A DNA stretch of 63,978 nucleotides, filler included, from Octopus bimaculoides (taxonomy: Eukaryota), in NCBI RefSeq assembly GCF_001194135.2. It is 4 parts of 4 records of this genome, joined end to end, with 100 filler letters (N's around TTAATTAATTAA, not from the genome) between each part and the next. Parts side by side here need not be neighbours in the genome. Positions count along the whole stretch, not along the records: positions 1 to 15,691 come from NC_068995.1; positions 15,792 to 40,349 come from NC_068993.1; 2 more parts are not named here. One strand, 5' to 3'. The translations under genes were made by a program, and so were the position numbers. The notes beneath the pieces are model-generated. The model worked only from the letters and a program-made list of their open reading frames with translations. It did not search any database and was not told the origin of the DNA. Positions 11,229-22,917 of the stretch are shown here, piece after piece. The first letter of the stretch is position 1, and the number at the start of each line of letters is the position of its first letter.

Positions 11229-12098
11229 CCATGCTTTAAAAAAAACACTACTAGGTTCGATTCATTCCACTAGAAATTCTTGAAGGCGGCATCCCAGCGG
11301 TATCTCAACTTTCTGTGGACCATAAAAATTTGGTAAGGACCAATGGTGGTCTACTTAAATTCTACGACACGCACCAGTGCATTCGACCATTTGTACCTCT
11401 TCTAAGGAACTTCATCGGGTTCAGCTTAGTCGGATTAAAATGTTACTTAACAGGTTTTATATATTCAAAAGTTGGTTAAGTACCTCACCTTCTATTCGTG
11501 AAAAGTTGGGAATGATGTAAGGGAATGGTTATGCGCAAAGACCCAGAAGAAGATGCTGTAACTATTGTCTTTGACGAGATAGGAATATTAAAAGGAAAGA
11601 ACAAAAAAAAAATAGAAAGGAAAAGAAATCCGAGAGGACAGAGAGCAGCGGCGGCGGCGGCGGAGGAGGAATAAAGAAAATAAAAACAAAATTGTTTAAA
11701 TGCAAAATAACAGCGACACCCCTGAGCGCAAAGGTTGATAATATATATATGTACACAGCCATTGTAGTTCGGATACAGAGCAAAGAAAAAGAGACATGGG
11801 TAGTGAGGTGAGGACCTGAGTTGTAGGGGTCGAAAGAAGGAGGGGAAAAATAAGATCAGAAGAACAAAAAGTAAGCAAAAGAGATATAAAAGAAAAGAAA
11901 GAAAATATCCTTTCGTTTCTTTCGTTCTTTCTTTCTTTCCTTCTTTGCTTTATTCCTTTTATTCATTCTTTTTTTTTTCGTTTATAGAATATTTTTGTTT
12001 TCCAAGTGAATATCTCTGAAAAATCCATCAGTTTCTTCTGCAAAACGCAAAAAATGAGGTGAGGTGAAAGAAGCGGTTATGGGCCGAAGGAGAGGAGA

Positions 12099-12112
12099 AG
12101 AAGAAAAAAGAA

Positions 12113-12156
<44 letters not shown>

Positions 12157-12213
12157 AGTAGAAGAAGAAGAAGAAGAAGAAGAAGAAGAAGAAGAAGAAG
12201 AAGAAGAAGAAGA
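12099..12213 (+). repeat. (GAAA)n + (GAA)n polypurine tract
   Basis: Direct inspection. Confidence 0.95.
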
Positions 12214-12829
12214 AACAAAATGGGGATTGGGTACGATGTGGAGGAGACGGTTAAGGAAGAATAAGAAAGACGGGTGGTGAGGAGGATAAAAATAAGAGAC
12301 AGACGGGTGGGGCGGGATGAAGAGGAAAATTGCTAAAGAGGAGGAAGCTGCAGCAGAAAGGAGAAGGAAAAGATGGAGAGAAAAACGGAGGATATACATC
12401 TTCAAAGATGCGTGTAACTGTTCTTGATGTTGTTGTTGTTATTATCATCATCGTCATCATCATTGGAAAATAATTTAAATTACATACACTGACCTGTTTT
12501 GAGGTCAGGAAACTACAGGAATGGATAACTGCAAAAGGATTTATTTAAAAAGCAGTGTTAAGGTTGATGAAATGTTTTTAAAGGGCCGTTAGCTTCATGT
12601 GGGGCTTTGATTTAGTTATTTGTTGTTTGTATATTTTACATGTGTTTTATATTTCTTTCTTTGCTTGTTTGTTTCTTCAGTCTTTCGTTCTTTTATGTTC
12701 CGTGTTCAAATCCCGTTGGGGTAAAACTTTCCCTATTTATTATCCCAGGGTCGATAAAATGAAGTAATAGTCAAATACTGAGATCAATCTAATGAACAGA
12801 CTCTTGTCCTCAGCTGTGTGGTAAGTTTA

Positions 12830-13135
12830 CGTTGAGCAAAACACCCATGTTTCCAAAGGTGAATTATTCAAACCCCCAAAGAATTCCTCTTAACACATGG
12901 CTATGATGCTCCTCCACTACTTCTGCTCATGATCAGAGATGCACATATCGTCAGCCACTAAGGGACATGCTCAACTGGTTACGGTCAAACAACTGACAAG
13001 CAAATCTGTGGTACTGAGCAGAATATTTGCTGTAGCCCATCTTTTATACCAAAACAAAACAATGTACATGATAACACTTCCAATCAATTAAGATCAGAAG
13101 CCATGAGAGCCACTGCCTGGTACAGTATCCGGGCA

Positions 13136-13199
<64 letters not shown>

Positions 13200-13222
13200 G
13201 TCGTCGCACAGTATACAATATG
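12830..13222 (+). repeat. Copy 1 of a 393-bp direct duplication (interspersed repeat with (TTA)n tail plus the terminal bases of a Dong element)
   Basis: Appears identical to 13238-13630, at a constant offset of 408 bp, separated by 15 N. Confidence 0.92.
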
Positions 13223-13237
13223 NNNNNNNNNNNNNNN

Positions 13238-13543
13238 CGTTGAGCAAAACACCCATGTTTCCAAAGGTGAATTATTCAAACCCCCAAAGAATTCCTCTTA
13301 ACACATGGCTATGATGCTCCTCCACTACTTCTGCTCATGATCAGAGATGCACATATCGTCAGCCACTAAGGGACATGCTCAACTGGTTACGGTCAAACAA
13401 CTGACAAGCAAATCTGTGGTACTGAGCAGAATATTTGCTGTAGCCCATCTTTTATACCAAAACAAAACAATGTACATGATAACACTTCCAATCAATTAAG
13501 ATCAGAAGCCATGAGAGCCACTGCCTGGTACAGTATCCGGGCA

Positions 13544-13607
<64 letters not shown>

Positions 13608-13630
13608 GTCGTCGCACAGTATACAATATG
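13238..13630 (+). repeat. Copy 2 of the 393-bp direct duplication
   Basis: See copy 1. Confidence 0.92.
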
Positions 13631-14071
13631 GTGAGGTTGTTGATTGAAGATATCGTGTCTACCGGGGGTTCGTACTGTTTGTCAAGTCAAAAGGGCCTCA
13701 GATAGACAGTGCAGTTCCCAGTATTGCCGACTTCTGCAATACATCTAGATTGTAGGGCATCTCTAAGGTTTTCAGATGTTTTCTTCAGATTGGGTGGTAT
13801 TGAACCCAATGGTCTGATGACAATAGGGATAACCTTTATGTTTGATTCGCGTGGCTGCCACATCTTAGCGATCTCAATTCTCCGGGTCTCCGTATTTATC
13901 AATCTTTTCTCTTTCTTTCATGATGATATGTTGATCTCCTAACAATGTCACTTCGATTATTAGGCACTCTTGTTTGTCCCTCCTAAAGGTTACTATATCC
14001 GGCCTTCGGTGCTCTAACATTGTCTGTCTGGAAATCGAAGTCCCAGAGATTTTTGCCTTCCCTTTTTCGTT
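13608..14071 (-). mobile_element. 5'-truncated R4/Dong fragment (REL endonuclease + 3' UTR)
   Basis: EHRRPDIVTFRRDKQECLIIEV...KEREKIDKY...KVIPIVIRPLGSIP...LQKSAILGTA; (TAA)n tail on the minus strand at 13547-13607 and a TAA/TGA array upstream. Confidence 0.88.
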
Positions 14072-14078
14072 CATTATT

Positions 14079-14162
<84 letters not shown>

Positions 14163-14545
14163 TGTGATAAGGCAGTGAGCTGAAGTTTTAGTATGCCGGT
14201 CAAAATGCTTAGCGGTATTTCATCCGTATTCACNNNNNNNNNNNNNNNNNNNNNNNNNNNNNNNNNNNNNNNNNNNNNNNNNNNNNNNNNNNNNNNNNNN
14301 NNNNNNNNNNNNNNNNNNNNNNNNNNNNNNNNNNNNNNNNNNNNNNNNNNNNNNNNNNNNNNNNNNNNNNNNNNNNNNNNNNNNNNNNNNNNNNNNNNNN
14401 NNNNNNNNNNNNNNNNNNNNNNNNNNNNNNNNNNNNNNNNNNNNNNNNNNNNNNNNNNNNNNNNNNNNNNNNNTGTAATCGACTTACCCCACTAGCCCGG
14501 AATTGCTGGCCTTGTGTCAAAATTTGAAACCAATAGTAATATTAT
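14163..14545 (+). mobile_element. SINE family B spanning a gap
   Basis: 5' end (aaatgcttagcggtatttc) before the N run and 3' end (taatcgacttacccc...ggccttgtg) after it. Confidence 0.75.
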
Positions 14546-15329
14546 TAACATGAGCAAAAGACTAGTAGTAGTAGTAGTAGTAGAAGCAGCGGCGGCGGCG
14601 GAGGCGGAGACGGTGCTGCTAGTGGTGGCGGAGGCGGAGGCGGTGGCGGCGGCGGTGGCGGTGGTGGTTGCCGCTGCGGCGTGAGGGAGAGGAAAGACCT
14701 CTTTCTAACATGGTGGTGTTTGTTTACTCGCTTGGTGTGAGGAGGATATTATCATGGAAGTTTTCCTTTTGATTATTTCTCTTATGAATGAATGAATGAA
14801 TGTTCCATCTGGCGTATGACTGGAAGGTGTGCGTTGTTTGGTGTAATTCTGAACTCGGCTTCGTAGGAGAAAAATCTAACAGGAAAAGAACAACAACAGC
14901 AACAACAACAACAACAACAGCAGCAACAACAACAGCAACAACAACAGCAACAATAACATGGTTCTAGAGTCTGCCTTTGCCATCAGTGGTGGGGTGATGC
15001 TTTAAATAAACAACAACCACCATATTTTGCGTGTTATTTTTGTGTTTCGTTCTTCCATCTTTTTTCTTCCTCTTTTTAATGATACTCCTTTGAAGTTCTC
15101 GTCCGACGACGACAAGCTACATATGAACCTACCAGGAACGAAGATTTGATACGAATTAATTTTTATATTTCGTTTCAAACAAGGGCAAGGATACACACTC
15201 GAAAGGAGTCATTAATCCAGAGAACTAAAAAAGGGCGATACGTCTTTAGGACTTAGCTTTGTCGTGGGCCCTTTAGGACTCGTAATGCTAACCTCATAAC
15301 CCGGTTTCCGCGGCGTGCATGGGGATGAG

Positions 15330-15485
15330 ATGACAAGCCTCTGCTCCTCAATAGGACACTAGTCTGTCGAACGGATAACTTCTCATCTATTGCTGAGCAT
15401 TCATTTACAGATGAATGGACTGGAACAACGTGTAATGAAGTATTTTGCTTAAAGATACAACGCGACACCTTGTCCGGGAATCGAA
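15330..15485 (-). mobile_element. SINE family C-like fragment
   Basis: Reverse complement cgattcccggac...gcgttgtatctttaagcaaaatacttcattacacgttgttccagtcc resembles 34154-34437. Confidence 0.65.
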
Positions 15486-15691
15486 AAATATGTCCTTCTG
15501 TTGAAATGAAATTTCAGTAAATTTCTATATCTTTGTGCAGCTGAGGATTGCTCTGCATTTTACATTTAATATAATGTTCACATTGCTTAAATAAATGGAG
15601 TCGCATGAAACGCTCGTACTACATTAACTTTGGATATCCTTGTTGCTTATTTTGAATATATATATATATATAACGTCTGATGAAGTGCCTC

Positions 15692-15791
15692 NNNNNNNNN
15701 NNNNNNNNNNNNNNNNNNNNNNNNNNNNNNNNNNNTTAATTAATTAANNNNNNNNNNNNNNNNNNNNNNNNNNNNNNNNNNNNNNNNNNNN
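15692..15791. other. Artificial scaffold linker 44N-TTAATTAATTAA-44N
   Basis: Exactly 100 bp; the 12-mer gives stops in all six frames; identical structure at 40350 and 62840. Confidence 0.95.
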
Positions 15792-15845
<54 letters not shown>

Positions 15846-17089
15846 GTATATACAAACATATATATATATACATATATATTATGTATGCATGCATGTATAA
15901 TTCTCCCCATCTTCTCTTATTCTCTCTTCCCTTTTCTCTACCTCTCTCTTCCTCTCCCTCTCCCTCTCGCTATTTCTCTGAATTTCACTTTCTTTTACCC
16001 TTTCTCTCATTTCTGATTACATATCTGTTCAAAGATTTCTCAAAATTACCCACTATTATAAACATCTTAAATGCATGCATCTCTTGTGAATAAAACTGAT
16101 GAGATAAATTTCAATATGCACTAATGTTTATAAATATTTCTTTTTTATTAGTGTTTTTTTTTATGTGATTTGTTCTTATTCTTCTCTGTATTTTCAATTA
16201 TACATTTAAAAAAATTTAAAATTTACTTTTCTATTTTATTTTCTACCACAATTTCAAGAAGAAAAAGAAGAAATTGAAATAAAGAATTCTTCTGCTCATC
16301 TTCGTAATTGCCATATGTTTGAGATTCTAAGAGTCTCAACAAAATAACGTGATTTTCGTCAAAATGAACCATTTTATTCACACACACATATACACACACA
16401 GATATACATACATATATATGTATATCTATATACGTGTATATTTTTATGTATATCCATATGTATATNNNNNNNNNNNNNNNNNNNNNNNNNNNNNNNNNNN
16501 NNNNNNNNNNNNNNNNNNNNNNNNNNNNNNNNNNNNNNNNNNNNNNNNNNNNNNNNNNNNNNNNNNNNNNNNNNNNNNNNNNNNNNNNNNNNNNNNNNNN
16601 NNNNNNNNNNNNNNNNNNNNNNNNNNNNNNNNNNNNNNNNNNNNNNNNNNNNNNNNNNNNNNNNNNNNNNNNNNNNNNNNNNNNNNNNNNNNNNNNNNNN
16701 NNNNNNNNNNNNNNNNNNNNNNNNNNNNNNNNNNNNNNNNNNNNNNNNNNNNNNNNNNNNNNNNNNNNNNNNNNNNNNNNNNNNNNNNNNNNNNNNNNNN
16801 NNNNNNNNNNNNNNNNNNNNNNNNNNNNNNNNNNNNNNNNNNNNNNNNNNNNNNNNNNNNNNNNNNNNNNNNNNNNNNNNNNNNNNNNNNNNNNNNNNNN
16901 NNNNNNNNNNNNNNNNNNNNNNNNNNNNNNNNNNNNNNNNNNNNNNNNNNNNNNNNNNNNNNNNNNNNNNNNNNNNNNNNNNNNNNNNNNNNNNNNNNNN
17001 NNNNNNNNNNNNNNNNNNNNNNNNNNNNNNNNNNNNNNNNNNNGGAATGCAGCTTTCAAAATTTATCTCTTAAAAACATTTAACTTAAC

Positions 17090-17805
17090 GGTAAACCACT
17101 GGTTTCTCAATCAATACAGAATAACTGTGAAGTAACCTGCATCTTTTGTTCATCAGTACACGTATGGTCGAGATACATAAAAATAAACAAGAATCAACAT
17201 ACCACGATGTAGCCAACACAGTACAATGACTTCTGTTCATAATTATATATCCGTGAAAGAGATTTGAATTTATCCGGTTGCATCTCAGTAACATGTGCTT
17301 ATACAGAATAATATTCAGCACTGAATATATTCTAATTATTTATAATATAATATAGGATAAAATCTTTATAAGACTTTTGCATATATATATAGGTGTGTTT
17401 TTCTTTATTTCGGCTGATAATGTCTATTTCATGGCACAAACATTGTTCCTGATTGTAGTGCAATTTTCCAGGATGATAATAAACCGAATTATATGGCGAA
17501 TATAATTCAATATAGGTACGCATATTGAATATAATTCAATATAGGAAGTTGACCACTTGGATAAGTCTCCGCAATCACTGGATCTCAATGTCATCGGATA
17601 TTTGTGGTGATCTTTTGAGCAGCAAATGAATAGCCTCTTCCCTCTACCACTGAAAGAAATAACACAGGTTTTGCGGGAACAATGTCTCACCAGTCTCTTA
17701 TACGACTAAACCCCGATATATCTAAAGCTGTGAAAGATGCCAATGATGGGCCAAATCCGTATTACATAAAACTTCTATTCAGCATTATTTTTTCCAACCC
17801 CTGTA
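17090..17805 (+). mobile_element. Tc1-family transposon remnant with right TIR
   Basis: ADNVYFMAQTLFPDCSAIFQDDNKP...SPQSLDLNVIGYLW (degenerate FQDDNAP and WPPQSPDLNIIE motifs); ends ccaacccctg followed by TA. The 5' extension before 17400 is less certain. Confidence 0.85.
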
Positions 17806-17868
17806 CAAACATCTATACGTTTTCATTATTTAATCTCTTTCAATTTTCCTATTTTTGTAACATTCTCG

Positions 17869-18097
17869 TTTCTTTACTGTCCACAAGGGGCTACACACAG
17901 AGGGGACAAACAAGGACAGACAAACGGATTAAGTCGATTATATCGACCCCAGTACGTAGCTGGTACTTATTTAATAGACCCCGAAAGAATGAAAGGCAAA
18001 GTCGACCTTAGCGGAATTTGAACTCCGAACGTAAAGACAGACGAAATACCTCTAAGCATTTCGCCCGGCGTGCTAACGATTCGGCCAGCTTGCAGCC
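17869..18097 (-). mobile_element. SINE family B (alternative 3' end variant), near full length
   Basis: Reverse complement of gctggccgaatcgttagcacgccgggcgaaatgcttagagg...gagttcaaattccgctaaggtcgac...tccgtttgtctgtccttgtttgtcccctctgtgtgtagcccc. Confidence 0.92.
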
Positions 18098-18581
18098 TTA
18101 ACATTCTATTTTGTAACATTCTGCTGATGAAAAATAATAGAACACACACGCAAGCGTGCACATATACACAAGTACACACACAAACACACACAGACACATA
18201 CACAAACACACACACACATGAGTTATTCATATATATGTAAGTATATATANNNNNNNNNNNNNNNNNNNNNNNNNNNNNNNNNNNNNNNNNNNNNNNNNNN
18301 NNNNNNNNNNNNNNNNNNNNNNNNNNNNNNNNNNNNNNNNNNNNNNNNNNNNNNNNNNNNNNNNNNNNNNNNNNNNNNNNNNNNNNNNNNNNNNNNNNNN
18401 NNNNNNNNNNNNNNNNNNNNNNNNNNNNNNNNNNNNNNNNNNNNNNNNNNNNNNNNNNNNNNNNNNNNNNNTATATATATATATATATATATGACATAAA
18501 TATATGCATCGATATACTGATATGTGAATATACTTATGTTTATGTGTGAATGTGTATGTATGCAGGTATGTGTGTGTATAC

Positions 18582-18615
<34 letters not shown>

Positions 18616-18741
18616 ATGTGTGTGTGGCATACACGCCGAAACATGCATATATGTGCGTTTATGTATAAATATATTTGTGTGCTTGTGGGTCTGTGAAGAA
18701 ATATGTCATATATATACTCCCATGTATATATATATTAGAAT

Positions 18742-18798
<57 letters not shown>

Positions 18799-20500
18799 TC
18801 CCACACACATATATAACTATATATTTATATATACACACATACATTTATATGTGTGCGTGCATGTGTGTGTGTATATATATACATATATACATACATAAAC
18901 ATTTAAGTACATACATTTAAACACATACATATGAATGTAGCAAGCCATAGAAAGTAAGTTTTTTTTTTGGCGTTGTATGACTTCTTCAGATAGTTATTAG
19001 TTATTTCTATTGTTGTTGTTATTAATCCAATGTAAATAAGACTTTACACAAAGCAACTTCTCAAAACTACTTTAAATACAACCGGATTTCACTGAAATTA
19101 TTTTTAAAAGATTTTTTCCGTAACCTACATTTGAACAATCGAAGGAAGAATAGAAGATTGTAAGATTACTTGGAAACAGAAGATTCTTATTTTCTTTTAG
19201 CATACGTAGCTTCAGCTTTTAGAAACTGTTTACGAACATGCTCAACCCTCTCCCTATCTTTTCTATAGTTCTTATAATGGCCTATGTTCCTCGTTCCCTT
19301 AGGCACGCACAACCTGTTCATCTCTGCAACGCTCGTCAATCTTGGTGTGTCCAACTCCTTGCTTTCCGTTCGAAAAGGAGTCTCCAGTAATTCTTTCCCA
19401 GAACATCGACCATCTTGAATCACCCTCTCTGCTTATTGCTTACGGCCGTTGATTTGCTTTAATTTAAATAGAACACCAATGTCATCAATCTCACTGGTAA
19501 CCCTGCATCTGCAAGTAACATGGGCACTGTTCCTTCATCTAGATTCTCGCAAGATATGCACGTATCTATGTGTATGTATGAATATATCTATGTATGTATA
19601 TACGTATGTATATATGTTTGTATGTATGCACGAATGTATATTCTCCTCTCGTATTTTGTTTTTTAAAGTCTTCTTGTGATAGAGTTGGTTTCTAACGGAG
19701 ATACAAAGCTCTTTCTAACAAGGTCGATAAATGAATCATTAGCCAAGAACTAGTTTTATTAGTATGCTAATATAACTGAAATCCAATATAACCAGTGTGT
19801 GCACTTGAACTGAGAGGATGATCCCCCCTTAAAAGCACAGCAAAATAGTATAGCATTTGCATACACACACATGCATTCACTCACAAGCGCACGCATGCGC
19901 AATACGTGCTTGCGTAGGTGAACAGATAAACTTTTAAATAAACAAGAAATGACGTATATATCATATTAAAATAAACGTACATATTAATAAAAATACACAC
20001 TTAAAGCCTCTACAAGAGAGAGAGGTTGGATAATGAAATATATATATATTCTGATATTTCTTCATTGCAAATATTTCAAGTTTTCTATAGGCGCTCTTAG
20101 ATCAAGTCGCCTGCCAAGCAAATATAACTCCGAAATAGTATTAACAAATACAAAAGTATTTATATGTTTATTTCTATTCTAATTGGTTAGTTGCTGAGAT
20201 AATATCTGCAGCTGTTAACAGTGCTTACGATTTGATATTTCATTATCTATAATAGTCATCTCTGTAAATCATAGATTTCGCTTTCTACTTTAAACAGTAC
20301 GTACGAATTATTCCGCCACAATAATACCATACTTCACCTGTTAGTACCTCATGCATATTGTGTAAATGACAGAGAACATAAAATATAAACTGCTCGTACG
20401 TATTGTGCGCGTGCTATGGGCACAACTGGCTCAATGTGGGTGTATATAAGTTTTATGTTTTAGTCGGGAAAAAGTCATTACCTTTTGAACAGCCTTCTAA

Positions 20501-20543
<43 letters not shown>

Positions 20544-20598
20544 TATATACATATATATAGATAGACAGACAGGCAAACTGAGAGACCAACACACAGAC

Positions 20599-20629
<31 letters not shown>

Positions 20630-22343
20630 ATGATATAGATATAGATATTTAGTTTTGACGAATAACAGTTACTGAGAGAAAAATTGCTTTATTCGGCTAC
20701 AAAAATTCAATTCCACAATTCGTAGGACAAGTTTAACGTTTCCGTATTTATTGCAAACGATAGGCTAGCAGCCTTCAGCTAGATTATACCATAATGCTCC
20801 TGAACAGTCGCAATAATGAATTTTTAGTATTCACAAGTGCTTGAAAAAAATTTGGTCTTTTCTGTGCTTCCTGTTTCTTGTTGAAGGATGAGGAATTTCA
20901 AGTGAGGAAGAAGCGATTTTCTATTTAATAATCTGGTCAGCACTACATTGCTTCCGTCACAGGCTTGCTGAACCTGTCGTCCATCGAACAACTATAGCTA
21001 GGGCTGGATTTTTCAACACATCCACATCGTGGTAAACACTAATAATACTCATTTTAGTAGGATCAGCGTCTTGTCGATTTCTTCTGGTTCTGTCTTCCAA
21101 ATGGAATATGTCTTCGGCTGAGACGGTCTCAGTTCTGCCATGAGGGTATTTGATACGAGCCCAGTGGTGGTAGATTAATATAATCGATCTTTGATTCATA
21201 TTTGTTACTATGGTTAAACCACCTCGGTAAAATTTCTCCATGCCAACCAGTTATCCAAGTAAAAACTATTTTGTTGATGAGTGGCATTAAAAGGTAATTA
21301 GTTGTACTTCTCTAGAAAGTTCTCCTTAATATTACGTTAAGTGACTACCCACTTCAGTTTCGATATAAAGTTCTCAAGAAGTCTTTGTCAAAAATGATGA
21401 GCATAGATTTTGAAAATGTATGTATGTAAGAATGTATGTATCTAGGTAGGCATGTATGTTTTAAAATATCTATTTGTAGTCATTATATTTGGAAAACAAT
21501 GCTTCAACAAAAACTGCTATCTGACAAAAACTGCTGTTTTAAAGAATTTCATATAATTACTAACTTTTAATTAAAAATGATTAATTGCACAAAAATTTTG
21601 AAAGCTGATTAATAGAAAAAATTCTAACCTAATAGAAGGTTGCGTTAATCGGAAGTCTTAAAAAATGTTTCTTTTTATATTTAAATAAATCATGATTTTT
21701 TAAATAATCTTTTCTAATACATACATATATCTGTGTGGAGTTGTGTGAGGTGGGGGGGGAGGAGTTCTTTCTCGCGTTTTTTCTTGTTCCATGTGCTAAT
21801 ACACGGCACGCTATGCAAGCTCGTTTAACCATTGTATTATCAGAGGCATGAAACATTTAGCAGTTCGCGCTCGTATTTAAATCCAGTGTATATTGGATGG
21901 AGTAATTATTATGCATGCATGTGTGTGTATGAGAGAGAGAAAGAGAGAAAGAGTGAATGTGTATGTATGTGTCTGCGCACGCGAGCGTGTTTGTAGGTGA
22001 GTTATGGAATAACATTTTTCTACGAAAATTGGTCTGGATGTCTGTCTTAAACATAAGTGATATACGATTCTACAAAAATCTCAGTTTTCTCATTTCTGCC
22101 CCACTCTTTTTCTACACATTTTAAAAGTTTTAACATTTTTAAAATAACATATTTTAACACTTCCAGCGATTACGATCTAGAATTTGTGTTTTTTTATTTT
22201 CTTAATTTCAATATTTTAAATTTCCGTCACGCCCTTCTCCGTTTTTCATTATTCACAATAGAAATAATGAAAGTAATTTATATTCAATAACGGAAGTATT
22301 AACATTGTAATCTTTCGTTTCATTTCTAAGTATATATATATAG

Positions 22344-22448
<105 letters not shown>

Positions 22449-22526
22449 NNNNNNNNNNTATGCGTATTTGTGTGTGTAAGTATGTGTGCGTGTGCGCACA
22501 GTGTACGTGTCTCTGTGTGTGTGTAC

Positions 22527-22564
<38 letters not shown>

Positions 22565-22873
22565 AGGAATTTAAGATTCATTAAAAGGAAACTTTGTTAC
22601 TTCTTTTTTCTTTTTTGTGCATTACAAATAATGAATGCAATTTGTATTCAATAATGAGAGCATTGGAATCTCACTTCTTCACATATAATACGTAGATAGG
22701 TATGAGTCGGTCGAGACCATATTTCCAAATTTTTCTCTTTCTTCCTCTTCTCTCTCTTCCCTTCTCAATCTCTCTCTCTCTCTTTCTCTGTGCACACATT
22801 CACGTGTAAACGTATATATATATTTATTTATTTATTTATGTGTTTCAGCCAAGTGGCTGCGGTCATGCTGGTG

Positions 22874-22917
<44 letters not shown>

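Noticed and set aside
11788-11810. miR-71 gene
   Set aside because: The seed is altered, there is no complementary arm to form a hairpin, and no miR-2 cluster; kept only as a possible antisense site.
15675-15691. Hammerhead ribozyme / Penelope terminus (ctgatgaag)
   Set aside because: Only the CTGATGA word is visible before the linker; stems and GAAA cannot be assessed.
15736-15747. Biological palindrome or homeodomain site TTAATTAATTAA
   Set aside because: It is embedded in exact 44-N pads three times, so it is a synthetic linker.
19187-19423. 78-aa ORF as a host exon
   Set aside because: No recognisable homology or convincing splice signals; the length is within chance. The same applies to ORFs at 31540-31800 and 44225-44533.
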